The translations under genes were made by a program, and so were the position numbers. DNA of 64,000 bases, from assembly GCA_963740355.1 (NCBI GenBank), contig CAVUDW010000002.1, positions 992,001 through 1,056,000 on the forward strand, read 5' to 3'. The notes under the pieces were generated by a model that worked only from the letters and a program-made list of their open reading frames with translations, was not told where the DNA came from and did not search any database. This DNA is from an uncultured Gemmatimonadaceae bacterium (GTDB lineage: Bacteria > Gemmatimonadota > Gemmatimonadetes > Gemmatimonadales > Gemmatimonadaceae). Shown one piece after another: positions 10,847-22,493 of the stretch; position 1 is the stretch's first letter, and every line of letters starts with the position of its first letter.

Positions 10847-11472
10847 GACTGCTCCGGAAGAAATTCGATCCACTCCGCAGCGCGTGCGAGGTCGGCGGGC
10901 GTGTTGACGTTGAAGAACGTGCGCTGGCCGTCGTGATCACTGCCCTTACTTGCAATCGGCCAGCGTGCTCCGCCAACCGCGTCGGCCAGTGCATGCGCTG
11001 CGCGTTCGCCTGCGTCGAGCAGCCATGTCGCCGTGTCGGCGCACCCTGCCGCGTACGCGGCGCAGAGCGGCTCCAGGCGTCCATCAGGATGGACGGGCAC
11101 GCAGCACTCCGCACCCGATTCAACTTCGATCACGAGTGCCTCGAGCACCTCGGCCGTCACGAACGGCATGTCCCAGGCGCAGACGACCACGGTGCGTCCG
11201 CCACCGGCCACCATCGCAGTCTGGAGCGCGCTCAGCGCGCCCACGCCAGGCACGATGTCCCGTACCACGCGATGCGCGGGAAACCAGTCCGCGGCGTCAG
11301 CGGCGTTCGCTGCGATCACCACGTCATCGCAGACGGTGTGCAGCGCGCGAAGGGGATAGTCCGCCACACGCGCTCCGCCAAGCGGTTGCAGCCCCTTTGG
11401 ACGGCGGTCGAATCGTGTGCTGGCACCACCGGCGAGCAGCACTCCACACCGTGGCTGCCTCGCCATGGTCAC
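10843..11472 (-). CDS. mobA: Molybdenum cofactor guanylyltransferase
   Basis: LLAGGASTRF..K, DMPF, EPLCA, FFNVNTPADL. Confidence 0.92.
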   Translation of the reverse strand: MTMARQPRCGVLLAGGASTRFDRRPKGLQPLGGARVADYPLRALHTVCDDVVIAANAADAADWFPAHRVVRDIVPGVGALSALQTAMVAGGGRTVVVCAWDMPFVTAEVLEALVIEVESGAECCVPVHPDGRLEPLCAAYAAGCADTATWLLDAGERAAHALADAVGGARWPIASKGSDHDGQRTFFNVNTPADLARAAEWIEFLPEQS

Positions 11473-11897
11473 GCCGGTTCGTAGGTCGCACTGAGTGTCG
11501 CGTCTTCGGCCACCACGACGCGCGTGACGCGCACACTGGCGGGAAGGCGCGCCTGCACTCGCTCGGCGATGAAGCGCGCCAGTTCCTCACCAGTTGGCAC
11601 GAGTCCGGTCACCTCGTCGAACTCCGCCACATCGAGGTTGATGTTGCGGTGATCGAAGCGCGACCTGACTTCTTCCTGCAACACCTGGTCGAGCAGGCCA
11701 AGATCCACCAGCATGCCCGTCTCGCGCGCCACCGGACCACTCACACTCACATCGCACACGTAGCTGTGGCCGTGGAAGTTCGGACGGGCGCACAGACCAA
11801 ACGTGGCCTCGTTGCGTGCGTCGTCCCAGTCCGGACGTCGATAGCGATGTGCCGCCGCAAAAGACACGCGGCGGGTGAGCGTGGTGCGACCGCTCAT
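11469..11897 (-). CDS. 6-pyruvoyl-tetrahydropterin synthase / QueD family (C-X5-HGH, PTPS-II-like)
   Basis: FAAAH, CARPNFHGHSY, FDH, PTGEELA. Confidence 0.88.
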   Translation of the reverse strand: MSGRTTLTRRVSFAAAHRYRRPDWDDARNEATFGLCARPNFHGHSYVCDVSVSGPVARETGMLVDLGLLDQVLQEEVRSRFDHRNINLDVAEFDEVTGLVPTGEELARFIAERVQARLPASVRVTRVVVAEDATLSATYEPA

Positions 11898-12607
11898 CGC
11901 CGTCCGATCTCGCGGACGAGGCCGAGCGTGAGCATCGTGTTGCGTGTCCAGCTGTTCTTCGTGTTCGGGCCGACGAGACGCGGGATGTTCGGCGTCGAAT
12001 CGCGAAAGGTGGCCGGATACGGGACGCTGTAGAAACGATTCGTCATGTCGGCGCGCAGCGTCCAGCGCGACTTGAGCGGTGCGTACTTGAGTCCAAGACC
12101 CACGCTCGGTGCGAACCGGCTGCCGAACTTGAAGAGCGACGAGTCGGTGATCGCCTTCGAGTCGTTGGCGATGCCAGCGCCGAACGAGACGCTCGGCATC
12201 AGTGAGTGCCAGCTCTTGTGACCCGTGAGCATCAGCGTCAATGCGGCGTCGAGAAACCAGAGCGGCTCCGAGACCGTGGCGCCGACACGATTGGCCAGCG
12301 GCAAGCCGGGCTGCAACACATCGCGGCTCGAGGACTGTCTGACGAGACTCGAGGTGAACGACAACGGACTGGCGCCCAGCGGCACGTCGTAGCGCACACC
12401 GATCCCGATGCCACCGCGCGGCGCAGCGCCAACCTTGTCCTTGCCGCCGAAGCTCGGACCGACGATGAGACTGATCCCCTGCCGCTTCTCGACGTCGCGG
12501 AACGGGCTGTTTTCTGGCGTGCTGCCGACTTGCGCCTGCAATGCGGTGCTGCCGCTCACCGAGAGTCCTGCGACGATGCCCGCCACCATCAGCTGTCGAG
12601 CGTTCAT
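11894..12607 (-). CDS. Secreted protein, probable outer-membrane beta-barrel
   Basis: Signal peptide ending LQA; alternating amphipathic strands. Confidence 0.6.
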   Translation of the reverse strand: MNARQLMVAGIVAGLSVSGSTALQAQVGSTPENSPFRDVEKRQGISLIVGPSFGGKDKVGAAPRGGIGIGVRYDVPLGASPLSFTSSLVRQSSSRDVLQPGLPLANRVGATVSEPLWFLDAALTLMLTGHKSWHSLMPSVSFGAGIANDSKAITDSSLFKFGSRFAPSVGLGLKYAPLKSRWTLRADMTNRFYSVPYPATFRDSTPNIPRLVGPNTKNSWTRNTMLTLGLVREIGRR

Positions 12608-14172
12608 GCCGGCACCGAAGCTTGGCGCAGCGAACGCCCCGACATCTCGGGCGGGATCACGAGACCGAGCATGTCGATCACGGTCGGGCCAACATCACAC
12701 AGGGCACCGCCGGCACGCAGCGGAACGACGCCATCAGGATCGATGATCAACAAGGGAACTGGATTGGTAGTGTGTGCCGTGTGCGGTGCCCCGGTGACCG
12801 GGTCCACCATCACATCGGCGTTGCCATGATCGGCGGTGAAGATGACGCGTGCGCCGCCAACTTCGGCTGCCGTCACGATGCGTCCGATGCAGGCGTCGAC
12901 GGCTTGCACGGCGGCGATGGCGGCCGGGAGCGACCCAGTGTGCCCGACCATGTCGCAGTTGGCGAAGTTGCAGAGCATGAAGTCGTACTTCCGCGTTTCG
13001 AGCGCCTCCACCAGGCCGTCGCAAATGCCCGAGGCACTCATCTCCGGCTGCAGGTCGTAGGTGGCGACCTTGGGGCTCGGCACCATGCGACGCTCTTCGC
13101 CGGCGAAGGGTGTTTCGCGCCCGCCGTTGAAGAAGAAGGTCACGTGCGGATACTTCTCGGTCTCGGCGGTGCGCAGCTGCGTCATGCCAGCGTTCGCGAT
13201 CACTTCGCCGACCATGTTGGTGAGCTGCGTGGCCGGAAACGCGACCGGATAGGTAAATGTGGGGTCGTATTCCATCATCGTCGTGACGGATAGACGCGGC
13301 CGACCGTCAATGTTGAAGCCGGCGAACGTCGGCGATGTCAGTGCATCGCAGAGTTGCCGCATGCGATCGCTACGGAAGTTGAAGCAGATCACCACGTCGC
13401 CGTCGGCCAGCCGCGGCGTCAGCGCACCGGACGCATCATGCAACACGAACGGTTCGATGAATTCGTCGGTGGTGCCAGCGGCGTAGGCGGCGCTGAGAGA
13501 GGCGGCGACGGTGTCTGCGGTCGTCTCGGTCCCGACGCCATCGACCATCGCGCGGTACCACTTTTCGGTGCGCGGCCAGCGATGATCCCGATCCATGCCG
13601 AAGTAGCGCCCGCCGAGAGTGGACAACACCGCGCGGCCTGGGTATTTGGCGATCTCGTGCTGCAGCTCCGCCAGAAATCCGCGGCCCGAGTTGGGCGGCG
13701 TGTCACGACCGTCGAGCATGCCGTGCACGGCCACCGACTTCACACCTTCGCGGTTGGCCAGGTCGAGCAAGGCGAACAGGTGCTTGTCGAGCGCGTGCAC
13801 ACCACCGTGTCCGAGCAGGCCGATCAGGTGCAGGGTCACACCACGCGCGGCGGCGTCGCGACAGGCCGCCACCAGCGCTGGATTGGCGAAGAACGCGCCG
13901 GTCTCGATCGCAGCGCCGATGCGTACCAGATCCTGCTCCACGACGCGGCCAGCACCGAGGTTCATGTGGCCGACTTCGCTGTTGCCCATCTGACCTTCCG
14001 GCAGCCCGACCCGACGCCCGCTCGCCTCCAGCAGCGTATGCGGGACCGAGCCCATCAGTCGATCCCAGTTCGGCGTCTCGGCGAGGGCAATGGCGTTCGC
14101 CGTGGCGTCATCGCGGTATCCCCAGCCATCGAGAACGACGAGGCAGACAGGTCGGACGGAATGCGAAGGCAT
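12604..14172 (-). CDS. gpmI: 2,3-bisphosphoglycerate-independent phosphoglycerate mutase
   Basis: LDGWG, GQMGNSEVGH, AETEKYPHVTFF, DMVGH, TADHGN. Confidence 0.97.
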   Translation of the reverse strand: MPSHSVRPVCLVVLDGWGYRDDATANAIALAETPNWDRLMGSVPHTLLEASGRRVGLPEGQMGNSEVGHMNLGAGRVVEQDLVRIGAAIETGAFFANPALVAACRDAAARGVTLHLIGLLGHGGVHALDKHLFALLDLANREGVKSVAVHGMLDGRDTPPNSGRGFLAELQHEIAKYPGRAVLSTLGGRYFGMDRDHRWPRTEKWYRAMVDGVGTETTADTVAASLSAAYAAGTTDEFIEPFVLHDASGALTPRLADGDVVICFNFRSDRMRQLCDALTSPTFAGFNIDGRPRLSVTTMMEYDPTFTYPVAFPATQLTNMVGEVIANAGMTQLRTAETEKYPHVTFFFNGGRETPFAGEERRMVPSPKVATYDLQPEMSASGICDGLVEALETRKYDFMLCNFANCDMVGHTGSLPAAIAAVQAVDACIGRIVTAAEVGGARVIFTADHGNADVMVDPVTGAPHTAHTTNPVPLLIIDPDGVVPLRAGGALCDVGPTVIDMLGLVIPPEMSGRSLRQASVPA

Positions 14173-14208
14173 GGATGCAGGGTGGGGCAGGGTAGTAATG
14201 TCGTGAGT

Positions 14209-14877
14209 ATGACGTCTGCTGAATGTACCCCCCGCCGGTGGGCACTACCATCGAAAGCGCAACGCTCCGTCGCTGCCTACACGCTTGCCAGCCTCGTGTT
14301 TCTTCTGGGGGCCGCCAATCTGGCGGCTCAGAAGCCAGCAGACTCGACCGTGGCTCGCGCGGTCAGTCCCGCCACCATCCCGCTCCGGCCGGCCGCGAAG
14401 GCTGAGTTCCGGACGGCACCAGATGGCGCGGTGATGGGTACTGTCGTGACGCCCGGCACCGTCATTCCCCTGGCGAGGGAACGGGGGTGGGTGCGGGTGC
14501 GGATGGAAGGGTGGATCAAGGAGTCTGACCTTCTGCCCGTGGATTCCTCCCTCCGGACACAGCTCAGCGCGGCAGACCTGCGCGCCGATCCGGAAGGCTC
14601 CAAGGGGAAGCTGATTCGCTGGAAGGTCGAGGTGCTCGCGTTCCAGAAGGCGGATGCATTGCGTCGCGACCTTCAGACGGGCGAGCCGTACCTGCTGGCG
14701 CGTGGGCCGGCCGGCGAGAATGCGATGTTGTACCTGGCGTTGCCTCAGTCACTGGTCAATGACGCCAAGGCCATCGTTCCCCTGACCGTGATTCAGATCA
14801 TCGCGCGCGTCCGCACCGGACGCTCCGCACCTACGAACGTGCCTATCCTCGACGTCGAGGCGATTACACCACCATGA
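14209..14877 (+). CDS. Secreted protein with SH3b-like domain and probable OB-fold C-terminal domain
   Basis: Signal/TM segment; GWVRVRMEGWIKESDL (SH3b-like); LSAADLRADPEGSKGKLIRW. Confidence 0.65.
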   Translation: MTSAECTPRRWALPSKAQRSVAAYTLASLVFLLGAANLAAQKPADSTVARAVSPATIPLRPAAKAEFRTAPDGAVMGTVVTPGTVIPLARERGWVRVRMEGWIKESDLLPVDSSLRTQLSAADLRADPEGSKGKLIRWKVEVLAFQKADALRRDLQTGEPYLLARGPAGENAMLYLALPQSLVNDAKAIVPLTVIQIIARVRTGRSAPTNVPILDVEAITPP

Positions 14878-15515
14878 GCGGCGACAGTCCTGACAGCCGA
14901 TTGCGACCCACGGTCGGCTTCATCATCACCGGGCTTCTGATCGCTGCCGCCGTGGCTGCGGTGCCGATGCTGCGCGCCGAGCGCGAAAGCCTCCGGCAAG
15001 AGGCGGCGCTGCTCCGGTCGCAGAGGTCGACGGCCACGGTCACGCTCGATTCGCTGCGCAAGGCCGCGGACGTCGAGTCGGCGACCCTCGCGCTCGAGCT
15101 AGCGCGCGCCAACGCGCGTGCGGAACCGAAGCTGCACCTCGTGATCGCCGTCGACAGCGGCACCGTAGCCTTGATGCGCGATGGAATCACGCTGCGCACG
15201 ATGCCGGCCCGTTTTCGCGGGGCCCTTCCGGCACGCGGCACGCAGACGATCTCCAAGATCGCCGAGTCGCCGGTCGCCGCCGATGCGCCGACCGTGGACT
15301 CGCTCGGCAACGCGATCGCCGTGGGTGCGAAGGAGATGAAGGTGGAGCGGGTCACTCTCAGCGATGGCACAGTGATCGAGGGTGGCGATGCGGCGGCAGC
15401 CCTGCTCGGCGGTGTGGAAACCGGTCCTGGTCCTCGCATGATCGTCGTGTCACGTCGCGACTTCGATGCCGTGCGCCCCAACCTGGTGCGTGGCATGAAG
15501 GCGGTGTTGTTCTGA
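14874..15515 (+). CDS. Membrane-anchored YkuD-fold protein lacking the catalytic His/Cys (pseudo-L,D-transpeptidase)
   Basis: TM plus coiled coil; aligns by eye with the downstream LDT; ATGA/TGATG coupling. Confidence 0.65.
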   Translation: MSGDSPDSRLRPTVGFIITGLLIAAAVAAVPMLRAERESLRQEAALLRSQRSTATVTLDSLRKAADVESATLALELARANARAEPKLHLVIAVDSGTVALMRDGITLRTMPARFRGALPARGTQTISKIAESPVAADAPTVDSLGNAIAVGAKEMKVERVTLSDGTVIEGGDAAAALLGGVETGPGPRMIVVSRRDFDAVRPNLVRGMKAVLF

Positions 15516-16369
15516 TGGGCCCCGTGAAGCGATTCCTCACCGCCGGCGGCTGGCTGGCGTGGTGTGCCTCGACGCTGGCGCTGGCTGGCGTTGGCGTGGC
15601 CGCGTTCGAAGGGTTTCAGACGGTGACGGCGATGCAGGCGCGTGATGCGGCGCGTGATGCCGGGGCCCGCGAGCTGAACGAGTTGCAAGCGGCGCGCGTG
15701 CGAGTCACGGCCCTCCTTGATTCGACGCGTCGTGCCCGAACCAGTGGCCTGCCAACCGGGGTGGAGCCATACGTGATCGTCAGCCTCGCTGACAACCGCC
15801 TCTGGGTGCGCGATGGTGAGACGGAATTGTTCACGACGCGCGTTGCCAGTGGCAGCGGGCGCACTCTGATCGGCGCTGGTCGAGACCAGAAGTACAAGTT
15901 CGACACACCGCGCGGGAAGCTGACGGTGAAGAGCAAGGAGACCTCGCCGGCGTGGGTGCCACCGGATTGGCATTTCGTCGAGCAGGCTGGCAAGAAAAAA
16001 CTCGGCATCCTGCGCATGAAGCGTGGGCAGATCATCCAGGTATCCGACGGTGTCATCACGACGCGCGGCAGCGATGTGATCAAGCGATATCGGGATGGCT
16101 CGGTGCAGGCACTCACGGCCACCGACGGCAAGGAGCTGGTCGCTGGCGGGCGGATCATCATCCCGCCCGGCGGCACCAACGCTCGACGCTACAAGGAGAT
16201 TCTCGGCACGCATCGCCTGAACCTCGGCGATGGATACGCCTTGCATGGCACGAATGCGCCGACGTCGATTGGGCGGAGTGTGAGCCATGGGTGCGTTCGG
16301 TTGCGCAATGAGGACATCGAAACGTTGTATCGCATGATTCCTGTTGGCGCCGCGGTGTACATCTACTGA
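15515..16369 (+). CDS. L,D-transpeptidase (YkuD family)
   Basis: TPRG, P.W.PP, YALHGT...SHGCVRLRNEDI. Confidence 0.93.
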   Translation: MGPVKRFLTAGGWLAWCASTLALAGVGVAAFEGFQTVTAMQARDAARDAGARELNELQAARVRVTALLDSTRRARTSGLPTGVEPYVIVSLADNRLWVRDGETELFTTRVASGSGRTLIGAGRDQKYKFDTPRGKLTVKSKETSPAWVPPDWHFVEQAGKKKLGILRMKRGQIIQVSDGVITTRGSDVIKRYRDGSVQALTATDGKELVAGGRIIIPPGGTNARRYKEILGTHRLNLGDGYALHGTNAPTSIGRSVSHGCVRLRNEDIETLYRMIPVGAAVYIY

Positions 16370-16980
16370 TGCGCTCCGTGATGTGGCGCCGCGCGGCGGT
16401 GATGGCGGTGCTGCTGGCGGCCACCACCGCTTGCTCGTCGGCGCGTGGAAGGCTCTGCCGCGACGTACCGGATCCGGACGAACTGGGCCGACTCGCGACG
16501 GTCACTGATTCGACGGTGGTGGCGATGCGTACCGCCACCGATACGCAACTGACGTCGCTGCGCATCTACCTGCAGTCGGTGCTCAGCCGTGCCGACATGC
16601 TCGATCAGTGTGGACGGGTGTCGACGCCAGCCGACTTGCGAACCGCGGGGTCGATGGCGCTGACGGCCAACTCCCTCGGTCAGGAAGCGGTCGAGCGCGC
16701 GTACCGCTGGTCGCGCCGCGCTGTGGAGGCGGATTCGTCCGACCGTCGCTCATGGCGCGTGATGGCGCATGCGTGGGACCAATTGCAGCTGCTGCAGAAA
16801 CAGCGCCAGTGGTTTGCAACGGTCGTCACCTGTCCCAACACCCTCGAAGGACGCTGCGCAATCGCGCCCATCGACACCACACACGTCACCGACCCGCAGC
16901 GGGCAGAACTCGGACTACGAACCATCGCACAGCAGCGAGAGCGGGTCGACTCGTTGAATCGCGCGCGCGGCCGCCCCTGA
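16369..16980 (+). CDS. Lipoprotein, DUF6624-like C-terminus
   Basis: Lipobox ATTAC; AWDQL...QWFAT...PID...VTDPQRAELGL. Confidence 0.6.
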   Translation: MRSVMWRRAAVMAVLLAATTACSSARGRLCRDVPDPDELGRLATVTDSTVVAMRTATDTQLTSLRIYLQSVLSRADMLDQCGRVSTPADLRTAGSMALTANSLGQEAVERAYRWSRRAVEADSSDRRSWRVMAHAWDQLQLLQKQRQWFATVVTCPNTLEGRCAIAPIDTTHVTDPQRAELGLRTIAQQRERVDSLNRARGRP

Positions 16981-17156
16981 TTCGGTCAGCGCGTCCAGGG
17001 GAAGCGCCCAGCGGATGCGCATGAAACTTCGCTAACCAATGGCTGAGCCTGAACGGCTGGTCAGCGTCGGGCCGGAATTAGTAGATTTTGCCCCGGAACG
17101 CGTGACCCCGTGCAGTCGAGACTCGTGTAGCAGGTGAGACACAAGGAGCCTCCGAA

Positions 17157-18065
17157 ATGACTGGTCGATCAATACTTGCTGGAATGCTGCTCTCGGGCAT
17201 CGCGTCGTGGTTCGCGGCGCCGCCGAGCGAAGCGTATGCGTCGACGTCAGCCGTTCGCGAGCTGTACTCGAGTGCGGACATGGTGGCACTCGACGACTCG
17301 CTGCTCGGGCGCAGCGGAAAGCTGCGAGCCCGGTTCCTGCCGGCACCACAGGCGCGGGAGATGGAACGCGCCATCGGTGCGATGCGGGCGTCCCCTGCTG
17401 AAGCCGGTTTGCGGTCACGTGTCGCCTCGCTGCAGATCGTGCCCATGGTGCCGTTCACGATGAAGGTGCGTGGGTGGATGGGCATGTATCGCATGGGCTA
17501 CTGGCCCGGTGAAAAGCGCGCCGTCAGCAGCGCGTCGTACGACAACCCGCTGGGCTTCATCGAGGTCACGCCGCAGAACGAAGGGCTGCAGATCTCCGAG
17601 CATTTCCGGTTGCGCGACTTCGTGACCAAGGATCAGTCCACCGTCTGGCCCAAGTACGTCGTGCTGCGCGAGGCGCTGATCGACAAGCTCGAGCTGGTGA
17701 TCGAGGAGCTGCAGTTGATGGGATATCCCGTCGAGCACGTGCAGGTGATGAGTGGCTTCCGGCATCCGTTCTACAACGCCCAGGGTGTTGGCAAGGGCGG
17801 ACGGGCACGTGAGAGCAGGCATCAGTACGGCGATGCCTCGGATGTGTTCGTCGACAACAATTACGACGGCATGATGGATGATCTCGACGGCGACGGTCGT
17901 GTCACGATGCTCGACAGCGACCTGATCATTCTGGCCGTCGAGAAAGTCGAGATGGCACATCCGGAGTTGATCGGCGGTATGGGTCGTTATCATGCAACCC
18001 ATGCACACGGACCCTTTGTCCACGTCGACGTCCGCGGAACGCCGGCCCGATGGGGCGGCGCATAA
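17157..18065 (+). CDS. Peptidase M15A family Zn D-Ala-D-Ala/endo-peptidase
   Basis: AGGAG RBS; signal peptide; SEHFRL, SGFR, SRHQYGDASD, FVHVD. Confidence 0.88.
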   Translation: MTGRSILAGMLLSGIASWFAAPPSEAYASTSAVRELYSSADMVALDDSLLGRSGKLRARFLPAPQAREMERAIGAMRASPAEAGLRSRVASLQIVPMVPFTMKVRGWMGMYRMGYWPGEKRAVSSASYDNPLGFIEVTPQNEGLQISEHFRLRDFVTKDQSTVWPKYVVLREALIDKLELVIEELQLMGYPVEHVQVMSGFRHPFYNAQGVGKGGRARESRHQYGDASDVFVDNNYDGMMDDLDGDGRVTMLDSDLIILAVEKVEMAHPELIGGMGRYHATHAHGPFVHVDVRGTPARWGGA

Positions 18066-19734
18066 GCCGACACCGATCGGGCTGATCGGACTCACACTCG
18101 CCGATCCGCTCTACCCCGACGATCGCCAACTCGCCACGCCTCCGCGCACCTGGCGCTACGCCAAGTACGCGATGGCGATTGCGCTGCCGCTTGGCGTGGC
18201 GTTCGCTGCACATCGCATCAGTGAGCCGGAAGGGCTGGACGCAGCGGAAGCACCTTCGGCGAACGCACTCGAATTCGTCACCACGAATGACGGCGCCACG
18301 GCGGCAGGCAGCGCCACGTCGCGACCACCGGCTCGGTCATTCAATGCGTCGTCGTTCGGGCACAGCAACGCGGTGCGGGTGCGCGTCGTGCTTCCGAAGG
18401 ATCCCGTCGTGCTGCCCATCGATTTCGACGGATCGACGGTTGGCGTGCAGGCGCAGTGGATTGGCTTTGATGGCAAGGGCAATGAGCCGCCGATGCCATG
18501 GCCGGAAGCCGGCAAGGTGGTCCGCGCACCGTCTCGTCCAGGCGCCTTCTGGCTGGTCCTCTCGCGCGGTGGATTCGCCGACACCGTCGCCGATCTGGCG
18601 CTGCTGGTTGAACATCCGATGCCGAACTCGATGGCGACGGGCATCAACGGCTATCACATGGGTCGCTGGCCGAAGGCGGCAGATGGCGTGGTGCCGCGTG
18701 GCTTCATCGAAGTCACCGACCGGCTGAGCGACTTTCCACTCTCGCCGCACCTTCGGTTGAGCGACTTCGTCGTGCACGATGCGCAGGACGGCTTCCCGAA
18801 GTATCTGCACGTGCGCGAGTCATTGCTCGACAAGATCGAGCTGGTCGTGGCGGAGATTGCGCAGATGCGTGGCCGGTCGCCGTCCACGGTGAAGCTCAAT
18901 GTGGCGAGTGGTTTCCGCAGCCCGGCGCACAACAATGAAGTGTCGGGCACGGCACAGGACAGTCGCCACATGTACGGTGACGCGGCCGACATTGCGATCG
19001 ACGCCAACAGCGACGGGCGGCTGACCGAGATCGATGCTCGACTGGTCGCCGCGGCGGCCGAGATCGTGGAGCGGAAGTATCCCGACATGGTGGGTGGCAT
19101 CGGCCTCTACATCACGACCGATGGTGCCGGGTGGCCGTACGTGCACATCGACACGCGCGGTCGGCGCGCACGCTGGCGTGGTGGTGTGAAGCGGGGCGGG
19201 GCGGTGGCGATCGATTCGCTGCCGGCTGACGCCTCGTTCGATTCGTCCGTCGCGAAGCCTGCCGCGATCACGCCGGCCTCGATGCCGACGCCGATGTCTG
19301 CTCCGGCCCTGGCGCCGACCGTCGGGCCCGCGGTGGCGCCGACCTCGTCGGCCACGCCCGCGCCGATCGTGGCAGGCCCCACCATCGCCGCACCGAAGGT
19401 GGTGTTGCCAGCGCCGACCTCGGCGTCACCGGTGCCGGCGAAGTCTGTCGCACCGACCACTGTCGCACCGCGACCTGGCACGGCACGTCCCGCCGCGCGC
19501 ACGACGAGCACACGCACGGCGGTCAAGCGTGCGCCAACAGCGAGGCGCGCGGCAGCCGCGGCGCGCAAGCCGGCTCCCCGCACGTCCAAGCCGCGGACGA
19601 CGGGGCTGATCATGCAGTCGGCGGCCGCGCACTCGCGCTCGACCGTGCGCCCGTCACCAACGACCCCGGCCGCGCGTACTGCAGAAGACCCGTTCGCGAG
19701 TGCCGCGAAGAAGTTCCGGACATCTCGCCCCTGA
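17992..19734 (+). CDS. Second peptidase M15A with Pro/Ala-rich and basic C-terminal tail (start uncertain)
   Basis: TM segment; SPHLRLSDF, SGFR, SRHMYGDAAD, YVHID. Confidence 0.85.
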   Translation: MQPMHTDPLSTSTSAERRPDGAAHKPTPIGLIGLTLADPLYPDDRQLATPPRTWRYAKYAMAIALPLGVAFAAHRISEPEGLDAAEAPSANALEFVTTNDGATAAGSATSRPPARSFNASSFGHSNAVRVRVVLPKDPVVLPIDFDGSTVGVQAQWIGFDGKGNEPPMPWPEAGKVVRAPSRPGAFWLVLSRGGFADTVADLALLVEHPMPNSMATGINGYHMGRWPKAADGVVPRGFIEVTDRLSDFPLSPHLRLSDFVVHDAQDGFPKYLHVRESLLDKIELVVAEIAQMRGRSPSTVKLNVASGFRSPAHNNEVSGTAQDSRHMYGDAADIAIDANSDGRLTEIDARLVAAAAEIVERKYPDMVGGIGLYITTDGAGWPYVHIDTRGRRARWRGGVKRGGAVAIDSLPADASFDSSVAKPAAITPASMPTPMSAPALAPTVGPAVAPTSSATPAPIVAGPTIAAPKVVLPAPTSASPVPAKSVAPTTVAPRPGTARPAARTTSTRTAVKRAPTARRAAAAARKPAPRTSKPRTTGLIMQSAAAHSRSTVRPSPTTPAARTAEDPFASAAKKFRTSRP

Positions 19735-19796
19735 ACGCGTGCCGCCAGACGGGGTAGCATTCCGGTCTGGAATCAACATTTCGCACTTCGCCCTAC

Positions 19797-20188
19797 ATGC
19801 CGCTCAGCCCATATCTTCGCGACCGTCTGATCGCCAAGTTCGACACCCTGTCGGATGATCGCGCGTTTCAGGTGCTGGATTACGTGGAATTTCTCGAGTC
19901 CAAGTACAGCCGACTGGAGCCGCCGACCGGGGCTGCCGGCTTGCTGATGAAGCTGCAGGAGACCGTCGAGGACGGTCTGCGCGCGGGCAAGGTGTCCGCG
20001 ACCAGCGTCGCCGATACGCTGGGCTTCATGCAGAAGGCCGTCGGTGTCTTGAGCGGGGTAGCGGCGGCGGGGCAGAGTGTCGCCACCGACCTCGCCGGTG
20101 CCGCGACTCGCGCCGCGCGGGCGGCCACCGGTGAGACGCCCGCACCGCCGACTCAGCCCGGCTCGAGTGCCGGCGAAGGGCCGGCCCG

Positions 20189-20192
<4 letters not shown>
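19797..20192 (+). CDS. Hypothetical protein (DUF2281-like N-terminus)
   Basis: LSDD..QVLDYVEFLESKY; GC3-biased codons. Confidence 0.6.
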
Positions 20193-22314
<2,122 letters not shown>

Positions 22315-22493
22315 ACCGGCGGGCGCCCCCGCGCCCGCCAAAGTGAAGGGAGGATGAGTTCTCCCCAACGCGATTGACTTTCCGGTCTCGGCCGTGTGAC
22401 CTTGCGCGGGTTCCGCCCTGACCGGGAAAGAAGCTGTTTCCCGGGTAGGGCAACCCTCATTCCCGTTGTCCGACCCTGATACGGAGCTCCCGC

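Noticed and set aside
11469..11897. Assigning the symbol queD
   Set aside because: Motif spacing is C-X5-HGH rather than QueD C-X3-HGH, and there are no que genes nearby
13354..14208. 507-aa ORF N-terminal extension
   Set aside because: Antisense shadow of gpmI; the real gene starts at about 14209 with a signal peptide
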